This document shows, piece after piece, positions 20,442-31,346 of a stretch of 64,000 bases of DNA; the stretch's first letter is position 1; each line of letters starts with the position of its first letter. The DNA is taken from IMG/VR virus record IMGVR_UViG_3300025608_000006. One strand, 5' to 3'. The position numbers and the translations under genes are program-made. The notes beneath the pieces are model-generated. The model ran no database searches. It had not been told where the DNA came from and saw nothing but the letters and a program-made list of their open reading frames with translations. This DNA comes from a virus. Its lineage: Duplodnaviria; Caudoviricetes.

Positions 20442-21163
20442 TAGATTTTTATTGTATACATAAACAAGGCGATAAAGAGACTCAGGAACCAGTTAACGAT
20501 GCAATCGAATCTGGAAAGCAATATGGCATAAATGTAATTCCGTACAATGGCATATATGAAAATATCGATAATATCATTGATAAAGAAAAATTATTTGTAA
20601 ATCCCGCTGGATCACATAAAATTACACGTCGTGGTAAAGGAGTACTAGGATGTTTTTTATCTCATTATTTTTTATGGAAAATGTCTAGCGAAAGAAATAT
20701 TCCTATAGGAGTATTAGAATACGATGCAATCTTTACTAAAAAACTCCCAGATGACATATTATCCAAATTTGATGATTATCTAAATTTAGATTACACTAGA
20801 CATACACATCTTGGGTTATCATCTAATGGTAGCGAATATTTAAAGCAAATTAAATTAGAAGAAAATAATAAGATAGAAATTAAAAGTATTGTAGAAAATA
20901 CAAAAACTAAACACAAGCATCACTTTAAGTATATTAACAATAATCATATCAAAGGTGCATTCGGATATATTATTAAGCCTTCAGGTGCTAGCAAATTAAT
21001 CAGTGCAACTATACAACATGGAATATTGCCAGCTGATGTTCAACCAAATTTATTATACTGCGATATGAAGTATGTCACGCCTAGTATTGTTATGTTAAAC
21101 CCAAAAGGTTTATCCAACAGATACGGCGGTTCTCATACTAATACAGGACGACTATCTTCATGA
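20438..21163 (+). CDS. glycosyltransferase family 25-like
   Basis: GVLGCFLSHYFLW, VLEYDA, GAFGYIIKP motifs. Confidence 0.8.
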   Translation: MIDFYCIHKQGDKETQEPVNDAIESGKQYGINVIPYNGIYENIDNIIDKEKLFVNPAGSHKITRRGKGVLGCFLSHYFLWKMSSERNIPIGVLEYDAIFTKKLPDDILSKFDDYLNLDYTRHTHLGLSSNGSEYLKQIKLEENNKIEIKSIVENTKTKHKHHFKYINNNHIKGAFGYIIKPSGASKLISATIQHGILPADVQPNLLYCDMKYVTPSIVMLNPKGLSNRYGGSHTNTGRLSS

Positions 21164-21885
21164 TTACATCTTATTTAAAATGGCCTGGAAATAATTTTGG
21201 CGATAAACTTAATGATATAATATTTCAAAGTCTAGGAATTGAACAATGTATTCCCTACAAAAAACCAAATTTATTTGATCTTAAAGAAGATACAGCATTA
21301 GGCCTTGGCACATTACTATCGCACAAAGTCAAATCGCCAGTAACAGTACTTGGGTCTGGTGCAGATGGTGTACGCAAGCCAACTATTCCGTTAAATTACA
21401 AATTTGTAAGGGGAAAGTTAACAGCACACTATTTAAACTTGGATCCTTCTCTGGCAGTAGGAGATACTGCGTATTTTTTAAAAGAATACATACAAAATTT
21501 TCAAACAGAATACAAAGAATACGAAATAGGCATTATTCCGCATTATGTAAACAATACAGTATTACAAGGAGATAATATTATATCTCCAACTTTGCCTATC
21601 GATGAATTTATTATTAAGGTTAGCAAGTGTAAGGTAATTTTAGCAGAAGCAATGCATGGTGCAATATGTGCAGATATACTAAGAATACCATGGGCACCTA
21701 TAAGTATCGATCCGGTTAGATATCCTATACAATATTTTAAATGGAATGATTTTGCAAGTATGTTTAATTTAGATTTAGAATTTGGTACTACAAAAACTTA
21801 CAAAAAATACTTATCAGGCGATAATATACTAGACACAGTGTCAGATAATGTACATAGTCAATTGTTAGCTGTTGTAAACAAATAA
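21160..21885 (+). CDS. polysaccharide pyruvyl transferase (ExoV-like)
   Basis: NNFGDKLN, GLGTLL, VRGKLT, VGDTAY, GIIPHY, AMHGAICADILRIPW. Confidence 0.75.
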   Translation: MITSYLKWPGNNFGDKLNDIIFQSLGIEQCIPYKKPNLFDLKEDTALGLGTLLSHKVKSPVTVLGSGADGVRKPTIPLNYKFVRGKLTAHYLNLDPSLAVGDTAYFLKEYIQNFQTEYKEYEIGIIPHYVNNTVLQGDNIISPTLPIDEFIIKVSKCKVILAEAMHGAICADILRIPWAPISIDPVRYPIQYFKWNDFASMFNLDLEFGTTKTYKKYLSGDNILDTVSDNVHSQLLAVVNK

Positions 21886-22506
21886 CATATCAGCCTCGAT
21901 AGTTTCTACGTATTTGTAATTTAACGAATTTAATAAGTCGAGTATTTTATTCTTAGGATAATTAAATTGTTTGCCCAATCCGTTTACTTCTAAACATATA
22001 ACAGGTTGAAATTTTTTAATGGTATTAAGCGCACCTTCTAATGCATATCCTTCGTAACCTTCGATATCTAAATGTATTAAATCACAAAATTCTAAATCTA
22101 TAGAGTCAATAAGAATCATCGGAATATTTCCTTCTCCTGAAACTTGATATGTGCCTACATTAATGCCTTTCTTTTCGGTTGCTTTTTTTGGTAATTTAAC
22201 ATCTACAAACTTCGATTGGTTTCCTAAACAAGCGTTCTTGAAAACAATGTTATCTTCCGTAATGTTCTTTTTTAAGCAATAAAAATTTAATGCTTCCGGT
22301 TCAAATGTGTAAACTTTATTAAAAATTTTAGAATACAATATAGGGTATGTTCCGCACCTGCCGCCTGCTTGTACAACAACATTATGATTTTTACAATGTT
22401 TTGAAATTAATAAAGGATTTTTAATTTCAAACTGACCGTCTCTATAATTAGTGTCTTTTTTTGGCCACCATAACCCACTGGGCTTTTGTTCTATTAAATT
22501 TTCCAT
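21865..22506 (-). CDS. FkbM-family SAM methyltransferase
   Basis: VVQAGGRCG, YTFEPE, LIHLDIEGYE motifs. Confidence 0.8.
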   Translation of the reverse strand: MENLIEQKPSGLWWPKKDTNYRDGQFEIKNPLLISKHCKNHNVVVQAGGRCGTYPILYSKIFNKVYTFEPEALNFYCLKKNITEDNIVFKNACLGNQSKFVDVKLPKKATEKKGINVGTYQVSGEGNIPMILIDSIDLEFCDLIHLDIEGYEGYALEGALNTIKKFQPVICLEVNGLGKQFNYPKNKILDLLNSLNYKYVETIEADMLFVYNS

Positions 22507-23270
22507 TTATCTACAGCTTTCATAAAATCAGCGCCAAATTTTTTAGATCCCTTGCCAGTTATTACAAATGATTTTCCTTTAGAATGATTGCAGTATTCTC
22601 TCGTAATACTTTGTGTTTGATAGTTTTTGGATAAAGAAATAAATGTATTTTGATCCATAAATCCAAAACTAATTTTATTAGTTTTATAATAATTTAGTTG
22701 CGTACCCCAGTCTCTTAATAACTGCGAATCATTTTTAAACGCAGTAAGACTAGTTACGAATCTTCCTTTTATATCAAGACAACCTTGAGACTGTTCTATT
22801 ACATTTTCTAAATCAAATGACCCAGTACATACTGTGTCTACATCGTAACACAGTATAGTACTTTTGCCAGACCATAATTTATTCATTTCGATAAATCTTC
22901 CAGATCTATAATTTTGCCCATGTACTAATTTATGTAATTTCTCATCTAATGTAGGAAGATCTTTTAAAAACCTAAAAGCAGAATTTAGTCCAGAAATTAA
23001 AAATTCGTCAGTTTTGTTTTCCAATACTTTTTTTAGATTTTTGATAGTTTCTAATTTTAAACTATCGTCTGTATAACTAACAGAATAATTACAAGGAAGA
23101 TTTTTTAATAATACGATATCTTGATCCAGTGGATCTATAATATGAAAATGTATATCCGTAGCTGGGTTAAAGCAAGCAAAACTTTTAATAAATGATATAC
23201 CGTATGTATTAAAAAATACACTGTCGGCAGATGTAAAAATACAAGGATCCGTAATTGTTTGTTGCTCCAT
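22494..23270 (-). CDS. glycosyltransferase-like protein (GT-A)
   Basis: TSAD, CYDVD (DxD), FMDQ motifs; within the glycan island. Confidence 0.5.
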   Translation of the reverse strand: MEQQTITDPCIFTSADSVFFNTYGISFIKSFACFNPATDIHFHIIDPLDQDIVLLKNLPCNYSVSYTDDSLKLETIKNLKKVLENKTDEFLISGLNSAFRFLKDLPTLDEKLHKLVHGQNYRSGRFIEMNKLWSGKSTILCYDVDTVCTGSFDLENVIEQSQGCLDIKGRFVTSLTAFKNDSQLLRDWGTQLNYYKTNKISFGFMDQNTFISLSKNYQTQSITREYCNHSKGKSFVITGKGSKKFGADFMKAVDKWKI

Positions 23271-23321
23271 AATTATATTTATGCATTAAGTATGTATATA
23301 AATATCAAGTAGGAGATTATA

Positions 23322-23867
23322 ATGAAGCCCTGGCACTTTAAAAAATTTAAACAAGTGATGGCTGAGATCCAGCCATGTTCTATTGCAGAAATTGGCACTC
23401 ACGATGGAAGAACAGCTACTCAAATGGCAAATTATGCCTTAGAAATATCTGAAAAAAATATTAGCTATACAGGTTATGATGCATTTGATACTATATCGTT
23501 ATCTGAAAGCTTAAATGATGAAATTAATGGAAAAGGCCTCGGCAATAAAAACGAAGCCGAACGATGGCTCAATAAAGTTAAAAAAAGAAGTGCAGGGAGA
23601 TTTGAATACGAATTAATTAAAGGATATACTTCTGATACCCTTACAGTGCCGGTATCGTATGACTTTATCTATGTCGACGGCGGCCACAGTTATGAAACAG
23701 TTAAGCATGACTACACTATGGTTAAAAACAGTAAGGCTATTATATTCGACGATTGGTATATTCCAGAAGTTGCACAATTCCTTAAAGAATTAGAAAGTGA
23801 GCATGATATAGAATACGTTGAATTATCTGACGACTCTAGGCAAGTAGCTATTTTGAGAAATTATTAA
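23322..23867 (+). CDS. class I SAM methyltransferase (Methyltransf_24-like)
   Basis: AEIGTHDG, YTGYDAF, DFIYVDGGHSYE, IIFDD. Confidence 0.8.
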   Translation: MKPWHFKKFKQVMAEIQPCSIAEIGTHDGRTATQMANYALEISEKNISYTGYDAFDTISLSESLNDEINGKGLGNKNEAERWLNKVKKRSAGRFEYELIKGYTSDTLTVPVSYDFIYVDGGHSYETVKHDYTMVKNSKAIIFDDWYIPEVAQFLKELESEHDIEYVELSDDSRQVAILRNY

Positions 23868-23868
23868 T

Positions 23869-24642
23869 ATGGGCAGAGTAGTATTAGTAACAGGAGGTTT
23901 TGATCCTCTGCACTCAGGACATATTGCCTATTTTAAATCAGCACGAGAACTAGGCGATCACTTAGTAGTAGGTGTTAATTCAGATGAATGGCTTACACGC
24001 AAAAAAGGTAGACCCTTTATGCCCTTTGAAGAACGTTGTGCAATCATTAAAGAACTTGCATGTGTTGACGAAGTTATTGGATTTAACGATGACGATGATA
24101 GTGCGTGTAACGCTATTATGCAAGTGCTGTCAACTAAAGGCACTAGCTGGAGTGTTGTGTTTGCAAACGGTGGTGATAGAATAAACACCAACACACCTGA
24201 ATACAAAGTATACGGCGAACATACTGATGTTGAATTTAAATTTAAAGTAGGCGGCAGTAATAAAGCTAATTCAAGCAGTTGGATACTTGACGAGTGGAAA
24301 ACACAAAAGACTGAGCGAGACTGGGGCTATTGGCGTGTACTCGACGATGTACCAGAAAAAGGATACAAAGTAAAAGAACTTGTAATCTATCCAGGCAAAA
24401 GTTTAAGTGATCAAAAACATTTCGAACGTTCGGAACAGTGGCAAGTATTGCAAGGTATTGTTAAAATGGATACTGAATATAATACAATACAAAATATTAC
24501 ACACTTAGAATCGCACTCTCGTCCGTATGAAATTGGTAAGGAAGTTTGGCATAAAGCAAGCAATCCGGGAACAGAAAACGCACATATCCTCGAAATACAA
24601 TGGGGCGTGTGCTACGAAGAAGATATTGAAAGAAGAGATTAA
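23869..24642 (+). CDS. cytidylyltransferase (RfaE2/TagD-like) fused to mannose-6-P-isomerase-type cupin
   Basis: TGGFDPLHSGH, VGVNSD, FANGGDR; C-terminal ERDWGYWRVL...LSDQKHFERSEQW...ILEIQ. Confidence 0.85.
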   Translation: MGRVVLVTGGFDPLHSGHIAYFKSARELGDHLVVGVNSDEWLTRKKGRPFMPFEERCAIIKELACVDEVIGFNDDDDSACNAIMQVLSTKGTSWSVVFANGGDRINTNTPEYKVYGEHTDVEFKFKVGGSNKANSSSWILDEWKTQKTERDWGYWRVLDDVPEKGYKVKELVIYPGKSLSDQKHFERSEQWQVLQGIVKMDTEYNTIQNITHLESHSRPYEIGKEVWHKASNPGTENAHILEIQWGVCYEEDIERRD

Positions 24643-25316
24643 TGAAAGTATTTGTAGGTTACGATCCAAGAGAAGACATTGCATACCAAGTGTGCAAGCA
24701 TAGTATTTTAGCAAAACAACCCGATGCTGATGTACGTCCTCTTGTACAAAAAGAACTACGGGATGCAGGCTGGTACAAGCGTCCTGTGGATAAGTTGGCA
24801 AGTACAGAATTTACATTTACACGATTCCTTGTACCAGAACTTGCCAACTTTAAAGGATGGGCAGTGTTTATGGATTGTGATATGATCCTTACTACTGACA
24901 TTAAAGAATTGTTTGATCAAGCAGACGACAAGTATGCTGTTATGTGTGTACAACACGATTACACACCTAAAGAAGGTATGAAGATGGATGGACAAAAACA
25001 AACAGTTTATCCACGCAAGAACTGGTCAAGTGTTGTGCTGTTTAACTGCGCACACCCTAGTAATGCTAGACTTACACAAGACATGGTAAACGATCCAGAA
25101 CTAAACGGTGCATACTTCCATCGATTTAGTTGGCTCAAAGACGAAGAGATTGGCAAGTTAGACCATACATGGAACTACTTGGTAGGTGTGTATGACGATA
25201 TCAAAACACCAAAACTAATACACTACACAGAAGGCGGACCGTGGTTTGAAAATTATAGAAACTGCGAGTTTAGCGGACTTTGGAAAAACGAACTACAGGA
25301 AATGATGAATGGGTAA
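24642..25316 (+). CDS. glycosyltransferase (GT8-like)
   Basis: VFVGYDPRE, STEFTFTRF, FMDCD, YPRKNWSS, LIHYTEGGPW. Confidence 0.85.
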   Translation: MKVFVGYDPREDIAYQVCKHSILAKQPDADVRPLVQKELRDAGWYKRPVDKLASTEFTFTRFLVPELANFKGWAVFMDCDMILTTDIKELFDQADDKYAVMCVQHDYTPKEGMKMDGQKQTVYPRKNWSSVVLFNCAHPSNARLTQDMVNDPELNGAYFHRFSWLKDEEIGKLDHTWNYLVGVYDDIKTPKLIHYTEGGPWFENYRNCEFSGLWKNELQEMMNG

Positions 25317-26109
25317 GGTAGCAAAAATACAAGCTTCTGTTATAAACCAAATGCATTTTGACGACTTTATACGAAGTATGTTAATGGGCATTAATAAATT
25401 TAATATCGAAGAAGATATTGAAGATACTTTAATTATACGAGGCCTAGGCGGCGGAAGTCAAAAAGCAATTAAACGATGTTGGTCCAGCGGACTGCCGTTT
25501 TATGCCATCGACACTGGTTATTTTGGAAATGGCAAACATAAAATATGGCATCGAATCACATATAATGCCCTGCAAAATATGAATCAAATTTCTAACTGCA
25601 ACGAATCTCGTCTTACACAACAACTTGGACAATGGAATCAAATATATAAAAAGTTTACGACTGGAGACAAAATATTAGTATGCCCGCCGAGCGACAAGGT
25701 AATGAATTTGTTTGGACAAGGTACTGCTCGAGAATGGACATCTAATCTAGTAAAACAGATTGAAACACTAACAGACCGGCCTATAGAAATTAGAATGAAA
25801 CCTAGCAGAAGTGCTCGTGTAACTGATAGTACTATTCAAGAAGCTCTGCATGATAATGTGCATTGTTTGATTACATATAATAGTATCGCTGCCACCGAAG
25901 CACTATTAGAAGGCAAGCCTGCTATTACACTAGGTCCAAATGCAGCACAGCTGATTTGCGAAACAGATCTTGCTAATATCAATAATCCTAAAATTCCTAC
26001 AGAAGACGAGATGTTTAACTTTCTCAAACATCTATCTTATTCTCAATTTACACAAGAAGAAATGAAAAATGGAATTGCATGGAAAATATTACAGGAGACA
26101 CAGGTATGA
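25309..26109 (+). CDS. capsule-synthesis (KpsS/KpsC-like) GT-B protein
   Basis: IDTGYF, LVCPPS, CLITYNSIAATEALLEGKP, YSQFT; paralogous to the CDSs at 26106 and 27858. Confidence 0.55.
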   Translation: MGKVAKIQASVINQMHFDDFIRSMLMGINKFNIEEDIEDTLIIRGLGGGSQKAIKRCWSSGLPFYAIDTGYFGNGKHKIWHRITYNALQNMNQISNCNESRLTQQLGQWNQIYKKFTTGDKILVCPPSDKVMNLFGQGTAREWTSNLVKQIETLTDRPIEIRMKPSRSARVTDSTIQEALHDNVHCLITYNSIAATEALLEGKPAITLGPNAAQLICETDLANINNPKIPTEDEMFNFLKHLSYSQFTQEEMKNGIAWKILQETQV

Positions 26110-27038
26110 CCATCACCGTAGCATCTTACTTAATGGGTATTCCTCCTGGTAATAAAAACCCAGAAAAACCACAAATTATTGTAAACTTTATTGAAGGTGT
26201 TTGGGCTAGTGGAGACAAAGGTCAGATCGTATGTGACTATACTCCTGTTGACTCTGACGTAGCAGTAGTGCAAGGATTTGTGCATCCTGGAAGTAAAAAA
26301 GGCGAACATTTAACTCTAAGAAAAAACGTATTTGAAAAACAACAGCGTGACAACAAACGTAGTATTATTGTAGATAGTAATTTATTTTTATACGCAGATC
26401 CAGGTAATTCAAAAAAGTTTCTACGCTACAGCTATGACGGCATATTTCCAAGCACAGGCGAATATTGCAATGATACTCCTGATCCTGCAAGATGGCAAAA
26501 TATTAGTCAACAGTTGGGAATTAAATTAAAACCGTGGAGAAAGTTAAATGAGAATATTTTAATTTGTTGCCAAAGAGACGGCGGCTGGAGTATGGACGGC
26601 AAAGCATTAATGCCTTGGCTTGTTTCTACTATACAACGAATTAGAAAACATAGTGACAGAACAATTATAGTCAGATTTCATCCTGGCGACAAAAACATTT
26701 TAAATCATAAAAGGCAGTTGGCTAGATATCGATTAAAAAATGTAGGTGTAAGCCACGCTCAAAATATACTACAAGACTTCCAAAGTTGTTATTGTGTTAT
26801 AAATTATAATAGTAGTCCGACAGTTGCAGCAGCGATAGAAGGATTGCCTACAATAGTATTAGATCCTAAAAATAGCCAGGCGGCGGAAGTATCGCATCAT
26901 AGTTTGTCGGATATTGAAAACTTAAAAGAGTTTGACAGAGAAAAATGGATATACAAAATGGCCCAAATGCATTGGTCATTAGGCGAATTAAAAGACGGAA
27001 CAGCATGGAGGCACCTAAGAAAATGGGCAATCAAATAA
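26106..27038 (+). CDS. capsule-synthesis (KpsS/KpsC-like) GT-B protein
   Basis: ICCQRDG, VRFHPGD, YNSSPTVAAAIEGLP motifs. Confidence 0.55.
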   Translation: MTITVASYLMGIPPGNKNPEKPQIIVNFIEGVWASGDKGQIVCDYTPVDSDVAVVQGFVHPGSKKGEHLTLRKNVFEKQQRDNKRSIIVDSNLFLYADPGNSKKFLRYSYDGIFPSTGEYCNDTPDPARWQNISQQLGIKLKPWRKLNENILICCQRDGGWSMDGKALMPWLVSTIQRIRKHSDRTIIVRFHPGDKNILNHKRQLARYRLKNVGVSHAQNILQDFQSCYCVINYNSSPTVAAAIEGLPTIVLDPKNSQAAEVSHHSLSDIENLKEFDREKWIYKMAQMHWSLGELKDGTAWRHLRKWAIK

Positions 27039-27868
27039 CAGTAGTAACAACATTTCATCCAGCAGGATTAGTAAAATACGGACAGCGATTCTTGGATAGC
27101 TTTGCTGCAAGAGTAGACAAGCGTATCAAACTAATTGTATATGCAGAAGATTGTAAACCTGTAAATCCAGATCCAAGTCGTATCGAAATATTAGATGCGC
27201 ATGTAGCATTGCCTAAACTAAATGCGTTCAAAGACAAGTGGGGCAATGTTCCTAAAGCCAATGGCGACATTAGCAAAGACCCTGTGCGCAGCAAACGCAA
27301 GGATTGGAACAAGGCTTTTAAGTGGGATGCTATACGGTTCGCTAACAAGACATACGCTGTGTATGACGCTGTACAGCGCTCTAAGGACTGGTGTGTGTGG
27401 ATGGATGCTGATACGTTTGTACATAGTGATTGGAGTTACGAAGACTTTATAGAACTACTTCCTAACAATGCATACATTACATATGTAGGTAGAGGCAAAG
27501 GATCACAGACATGGCCAGAGTGCGGCTTCTACGGATTAAACTTAAATCATCCTGTGTGCCACGAGTTCCTCAAAGAGTTTGAACGCATGTATGAAGATGC
27601 AGAGAACGGAATGTTCTTGCTAGATGAATGGCACGACAGTTACATCTTTGGTGAGATACTAAAAAAGTATAAGGAATTTCCATCACATGATTATAGCGCA
27701 GACATGTATTTGCGCGAAGCTAAGAGTGGAGGAGGCGGACATCCTTTGATCAACGGACCACTAGGCAAATGGATTGATCACATGAAAGGCGGACGCAAAG
27801 ACACAGGCAGAAGTCTTAAAAAAGATATTATGGTTAAACGGACAGAAGCATATTGGAATGAAGTTTAG
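27023..27868 (+). CDS. glycosyltransferase (GT-A, DxD)
   Basis: VVTTF, DAIRFANKTYA, WMDAD, EWHDSY, DHMKG. Confidence 0.7.
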   Translation: MGNQITVVTTFHPAGLVKYGQRFLDSFAARVDKRIKLIVYAEDCKPVNPDPSRIEILDAHVALPKLNAFKDKWGNVPKANGDISKDPVRSKRKDWNKAFKWDAIRFANKTYAVYDAVQRSKDWCVWMDADTFVHSDWSYEDFIELLPNNAYITYVGRGKGSQTWPECGFYGLNLNHPVCHEFLKEFERMYEDAENGMFLLDEWHDSYIFGEILKKYKEFPSHDYSADMYLREAKSGGGGHPLINGPLGKWIDHMKGGRKDTGRSLKKDIMVKRTEAYWNEV

Positions 27869-28703
27869 TTTATGGACACACAACGGTGCGCTTAACAGTA
27901 GACCAGTTTTTGATGCCTTTGATAACAGTCTTGTGGATGCTGGGCATGATGTTCTTTATAATGATATTAGCGCTGACGTTAATGTTATTTGGAGTGTTCT
28001 TTGGAATGGTCGAATGGCTAGGAACGAAGCTGTATGGAATCAAGACAAGCCTACTATAGTATTAGAAGTAGGCGGAATCAAGAGGGGAACGACTTGGAAG
28101 GTAGGATTGAATGGTATTAATAGAGATGCTTACTTTGGCGATTATATGGGCCACGACAGTAGCCGTAGTGATTTACTTGAACTCAAAGTAAAGCCGTGGC
28201 GCACAGACGGCGAGTATATTCTAATATGCGGACAGCATGATAAAAGTTTGCAGTGGAAAAATATGCCACGCATGAGCAATTGGTTTCTTCAGACATACGA
28301 CGAAATACGCAAGCACACAGACCGTCCTATTATATTCCGCCCACATCCACGTTGCAGACTGCCCCATATAGAACGCGGACTCAAACACGTATACAGACAG
28401 GAACCACAACATGTTACTAACACTTATGACGACTTTGATATGGGCTTCAATAACGTTCATTGTACTATTAGCTATAGCAGTAATCCTGGCATACATTCTG
28501 TTATGGCCGGTGTACCTAGTTTTGTTAGTACTCATAGTCTCGCTTATGATGTGGGCAATGACATTGACTTCTTGCACGACATTGAACAGCCAATTATGCC
28601 AGACAGAACAGAATGGCTCAACAACTACGCATACACTGAATACACAGTAGACGAAATTGCACAAGGCATTCCACTAAAACGATTGACAGATAAGTTAATT
28701 TAA
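27858..28703 (+). CDS. capsule-synthesis (KpsS/KpsC-like) GT-B protein
   Basis: LEVGGIKR, ICGQHD, FRPHPR, SYSSNPGIHSVMAGVP. Confidence 0.55.
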   Translation: MKFSLWTHNGALNSRPVFDAFDNSLVDAGHDVLYNDISADVNVIWSVLWNGRMARNEAVWNQDKPTIVLEVGGIKRGTTWKVGLNGINRDAYFGDYMGHDSSRSDLLELKVKPWRTDGEYILICGQHDKSLQWKNMPRMSNWFLQTYDEIRKHTDRPIIFRPHPRCRLPHIERGLKHVYRQEPQHVTNTYDDFDMGFNNVHCTISYSSNPGIHSVMAGVPSFVSTHSLAYDVGNDIDFLHDIEQPIMPDRTEWLNNYAYTEYTVDEIAQGIPLKRLTDKLI

Positions 28704-28711
28704 GTTATACT
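28683..28711 (+). promoter_or_regulatory. sigma70-type promoter
   Basis: TTGACA-17 nt-TATACT upstream of 28718. Confidence 0.6.
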
Positions 28712-28717
28712 ACATGT

Positions 28718-29890
28718 ATGATTATAAACTTAGAAGATTGCTTAGAGTATCTCACAGGCTTGCGCCAAGCACCTGTTGAATTCACTGTCGAGAAAACTGA
28801 TGCAACTATTATCAATAGTATTGCAAGACAAGTTTTTAAAGGCACAGCTTTAACTGACAGACAGTCTGCGCTTATGCATGAAAAATTGCAAAAGTACAGA
28901 GATCAATTTATTAATTTAGATTGGGACTTTGATTATGCAGTTAATCAATTGCGTCAACCCTTGCGTCATATTGATCGCAGTAAATATATCAAACTTGCGG
29001 ACAACGAAATCAAAATAAGATTTCCTTTTAGAAAAACTGAGATAATGTTGGTGCAGGAAGTTGCAAACACGGCACAAGATAATTATCGTCATGAAAAAGG
29101 ATCACACACTCATTATTTTGAATGTAACGAAATCAATATATTAAATTTGTTAGACAGATTTAACAATAAAGAATTTGAAATAGACAGAGAACTTGTAGAG
29201 TTGTACGACAATATAAAAACTGTTCATAATAATCCACAAGAATATTTGAGTGGATTTTTAGATAAGAATTTATTGAATGTTAATCCTGCTCTAATGCCTG
29301 CTATTCAAAATGAACTTGGCGAACTGAATAACAATTCGTTAACACAATTCTTTGATCGCAGATTTAGATATGGATTTGATTTAACAGATGTTATTCCTAA
29401 TAATACACTTGCACAGAAAATTGCACATCGTAAAGATGCACAATATCAAAGCAAGCCCAGTGCAGAAACATCGAGCGAAGTACTAAATGCATTATGGAAT
29501 CTAAACAGATTTCCTATGCTAGTAATTTTAGAAGAAAACAATGCAGAAGATCAGTTGTATGAGTTTGCAAACCATTACAGAGATATTTTAAATCCAGAAG
29601 AACAGAGTGTACTGTTTCGTTTAGAAGATAAAGATGCAGGCTTTAACCAATTGATTAAGGACAGAAAATTAAACAATTGGGTTGACAACACTACAAAGAT
29701 AGTGTATATTAATAAGAGTAAGTTACCAAAGTTGCTTGTAAACAATGAATGGAAGCCTAGTGCTGCATTTTGTTTTTCAAGTGCAATGGACCGTTATGTG
29801 AATAGTTATGTTTCATTTAACTGTGACTTAATTATATATAGAGAAGAACACATGAGTCCATTTAGGAGACATTCAAGATACTATGGCTAG
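28718..29890 (+). CDS. hypothetical protein preceding UvsW
   Basis: 390 aa ORF overlapping the helicase start. Confidence 0.65.
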   Translation: MIINLEDCLEYLTGLRQAPVEFTVEKTDATIINSIARQVFKGTALTDRQSALMHEKLQKYRDQFINLDWDFDYAVNQLRQPLRHIDRSKYIKLADNEIKIRFPFRKTEIMLVQEVANTAQDNYRHEKGSHTHYFECNEINILNLLDRFNNKEFEIDRELVELYDNIKTVHNNPQEYLSGFLDKNLLNVNPALMPAIQNELGELNNNSLTQFFDRRFRYGFDLTDVIPNNTLAQKIAHRKDAQYQSKPSAETSSEVLNALWNLNRFPMLVILEENNAEDQLYEFANHYRDILNPEEQSVLFRLEDKDAGFNQLIKDRKLNNWVDNTTKIVYINKSKLPKLLVNNEWKPSAAFCFSSAMDRYVNSYVSFNCDLIIYREEHMSPFRRHSRYYG

Positions 29891-31346
29891 TTGTAAACTA
29901 ATAATTGAAGACGAAGTAAACATCAAGTTAGAAGGTCTTGAAGTTGACATTCGACGTAAACTTGCAAATGCACTAAAGTTTGAAGTGCCGTATGCAAAAC
30001 ACATGCCACAGTATAAACTAGGTCGGTGGGATGGCAAAGTTGCTTTCTTTGGCATTGGTGGCACAGGATACGTCAATCACCTTGATGTTGTTAGTGAAGT
30101 ACTAGCAAAGAACAATGTACAGATTGTAGACATTGAAGATAGACGTCATCCTATTAAATTAGAATTTAAACCAGTAACAGAACGCTACTGGGCAGATCAA
30201 GGTGTTGTTTGGCCAGAAGGTCATCCAGCAGAAGGCGAAGATATTATTCTTCGTGACTATCAAGTTGAGGCAATCAACAATTTTATTTCTAATCCACAGA
30301 GTCTACAGCAAATTGCTACAGGCGCAGGCAAGACAATTACAACTGCTACGTTATCACACATCAGTGAACCTTACGGGCGTAGTTTGGTTATTGTACCTAA
30401 CAAAAGCTTGGTTGAGCAGACAGAAGAAGACTATATCAACTGTGGATTAGACGTAGGGGTGTACTTTGGAGACAGAAAGCAACTAGGTAAGACTCACACA
30501 ATATGCACTTGGCAATCCTTGAATATCTTGGACAAGAAGCATAAAGATGGCTCAGCAGTGTTGTCACTGGCAGAGTTTTTAGAAGGTGTAAGCACTGTTA
30601 TTGTTGACGAAGTACACATGGCGAAAGCAGAAGTTCTTAAAAACTTGCTTACTCGCAACCTACGTAACGCTCCTATTCGCTGGGGACTAACTGGCACAGT
30701 GCCAAGAGAGAAGTTTGAATTTGAAAGTATTCATGCATCACTTGGTCCTGTTATTGGAGCAATTACAGCAAAAGAACTACAGGACAAAGGTGTGTTATCA
30801 GCATGTCATGTTAATGTAGTACAACTAATTGATACAGTTGCACATCGTGATTACCAAAGCGAACTAAAGTATCTAACATCAGATACAGCACGTTTAGAAT
30901 ATATTGGTAAGATGATGAACACAGTATCTCAATCAGGCAATACTCTAATTCTTGTAGATAGAATTAGTGCAGGCGAAACATTAGCAGAACTTATCCCAGG
31001 AGCCACGTTTATTAGTGGAAGTGTAAAAGTAAAAGATAGGAAAGAAACTTACGATACAATTCGTGAAGGAACTAACGAAGTAATTATTGCAACATATGGG
31101 GTTGCAGCAGTTGGACTTAACATTCCTCGTATCTTTAATCTTGTACTACTCGAGCCAGGAAAAAGTTTTGTAAGAGTAATCCAATCAATTGGTAGAGGCG
31201 TAAGAAAGGCAAAGGACAAAGACTTCGTGCAAATATGGGATCTTACAAGTACGTGTAAGTTTGCGAAGCGACATCTAACTCAGCGTAAAAAGTTTTACAA
31301 AGAAGCAGAGTATCCCTTTACTATCGAAAAAGTGGATTGGAATTAA
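29883..31346 (+). CDS. uvsW: SF2 DNA helicase UvsW
   Basis: LRDYQ, ATGAGKT, IVDEVH, GLTGT, QSIGRGVR. Confidence 0.92.
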   Translation: MASCKLIIEDEVNIKLEGLEVDIRRKLANALKFEVPYAKHMPQYKLGRWDGKVAFFGIGGTGYVNHLDVVSEVLAKNNVQIVDIEDRRHPIKLEFKPVTERYWADQGVVWPEGHPAEGEDIILRDYQVEAINNFISNPQSLQQIATGAGKTITTATLSHISEPYGRSLVIVPNKSLVEQTEEDYINCGLDVGVYFGDRKQLGKTHTICTWQSLNILDKKHKDGSAVLSLAEFLEGVSTVIVDEVHMAKAEVLKNLLTRNLRNAPIRWGLTGTVPREKFEFESIHASLGPVIGAITAKELQDKGVLSACHVNVVQLIDTVAHRDYQSELKYLTSDTARLEYIGKMMNTVSQSGNTLILVDRISAGETLAELIPGATFISGSVKVKDRKETYDTIREGTNEVIIATYGVAAVGLNIPRIFNLVLLEPGKSFVRVIQSIGRGVRKAKDKDFVQIWDLTSTCKFAKRHLTQRKKFYKEAEYPFTIEKVDWN

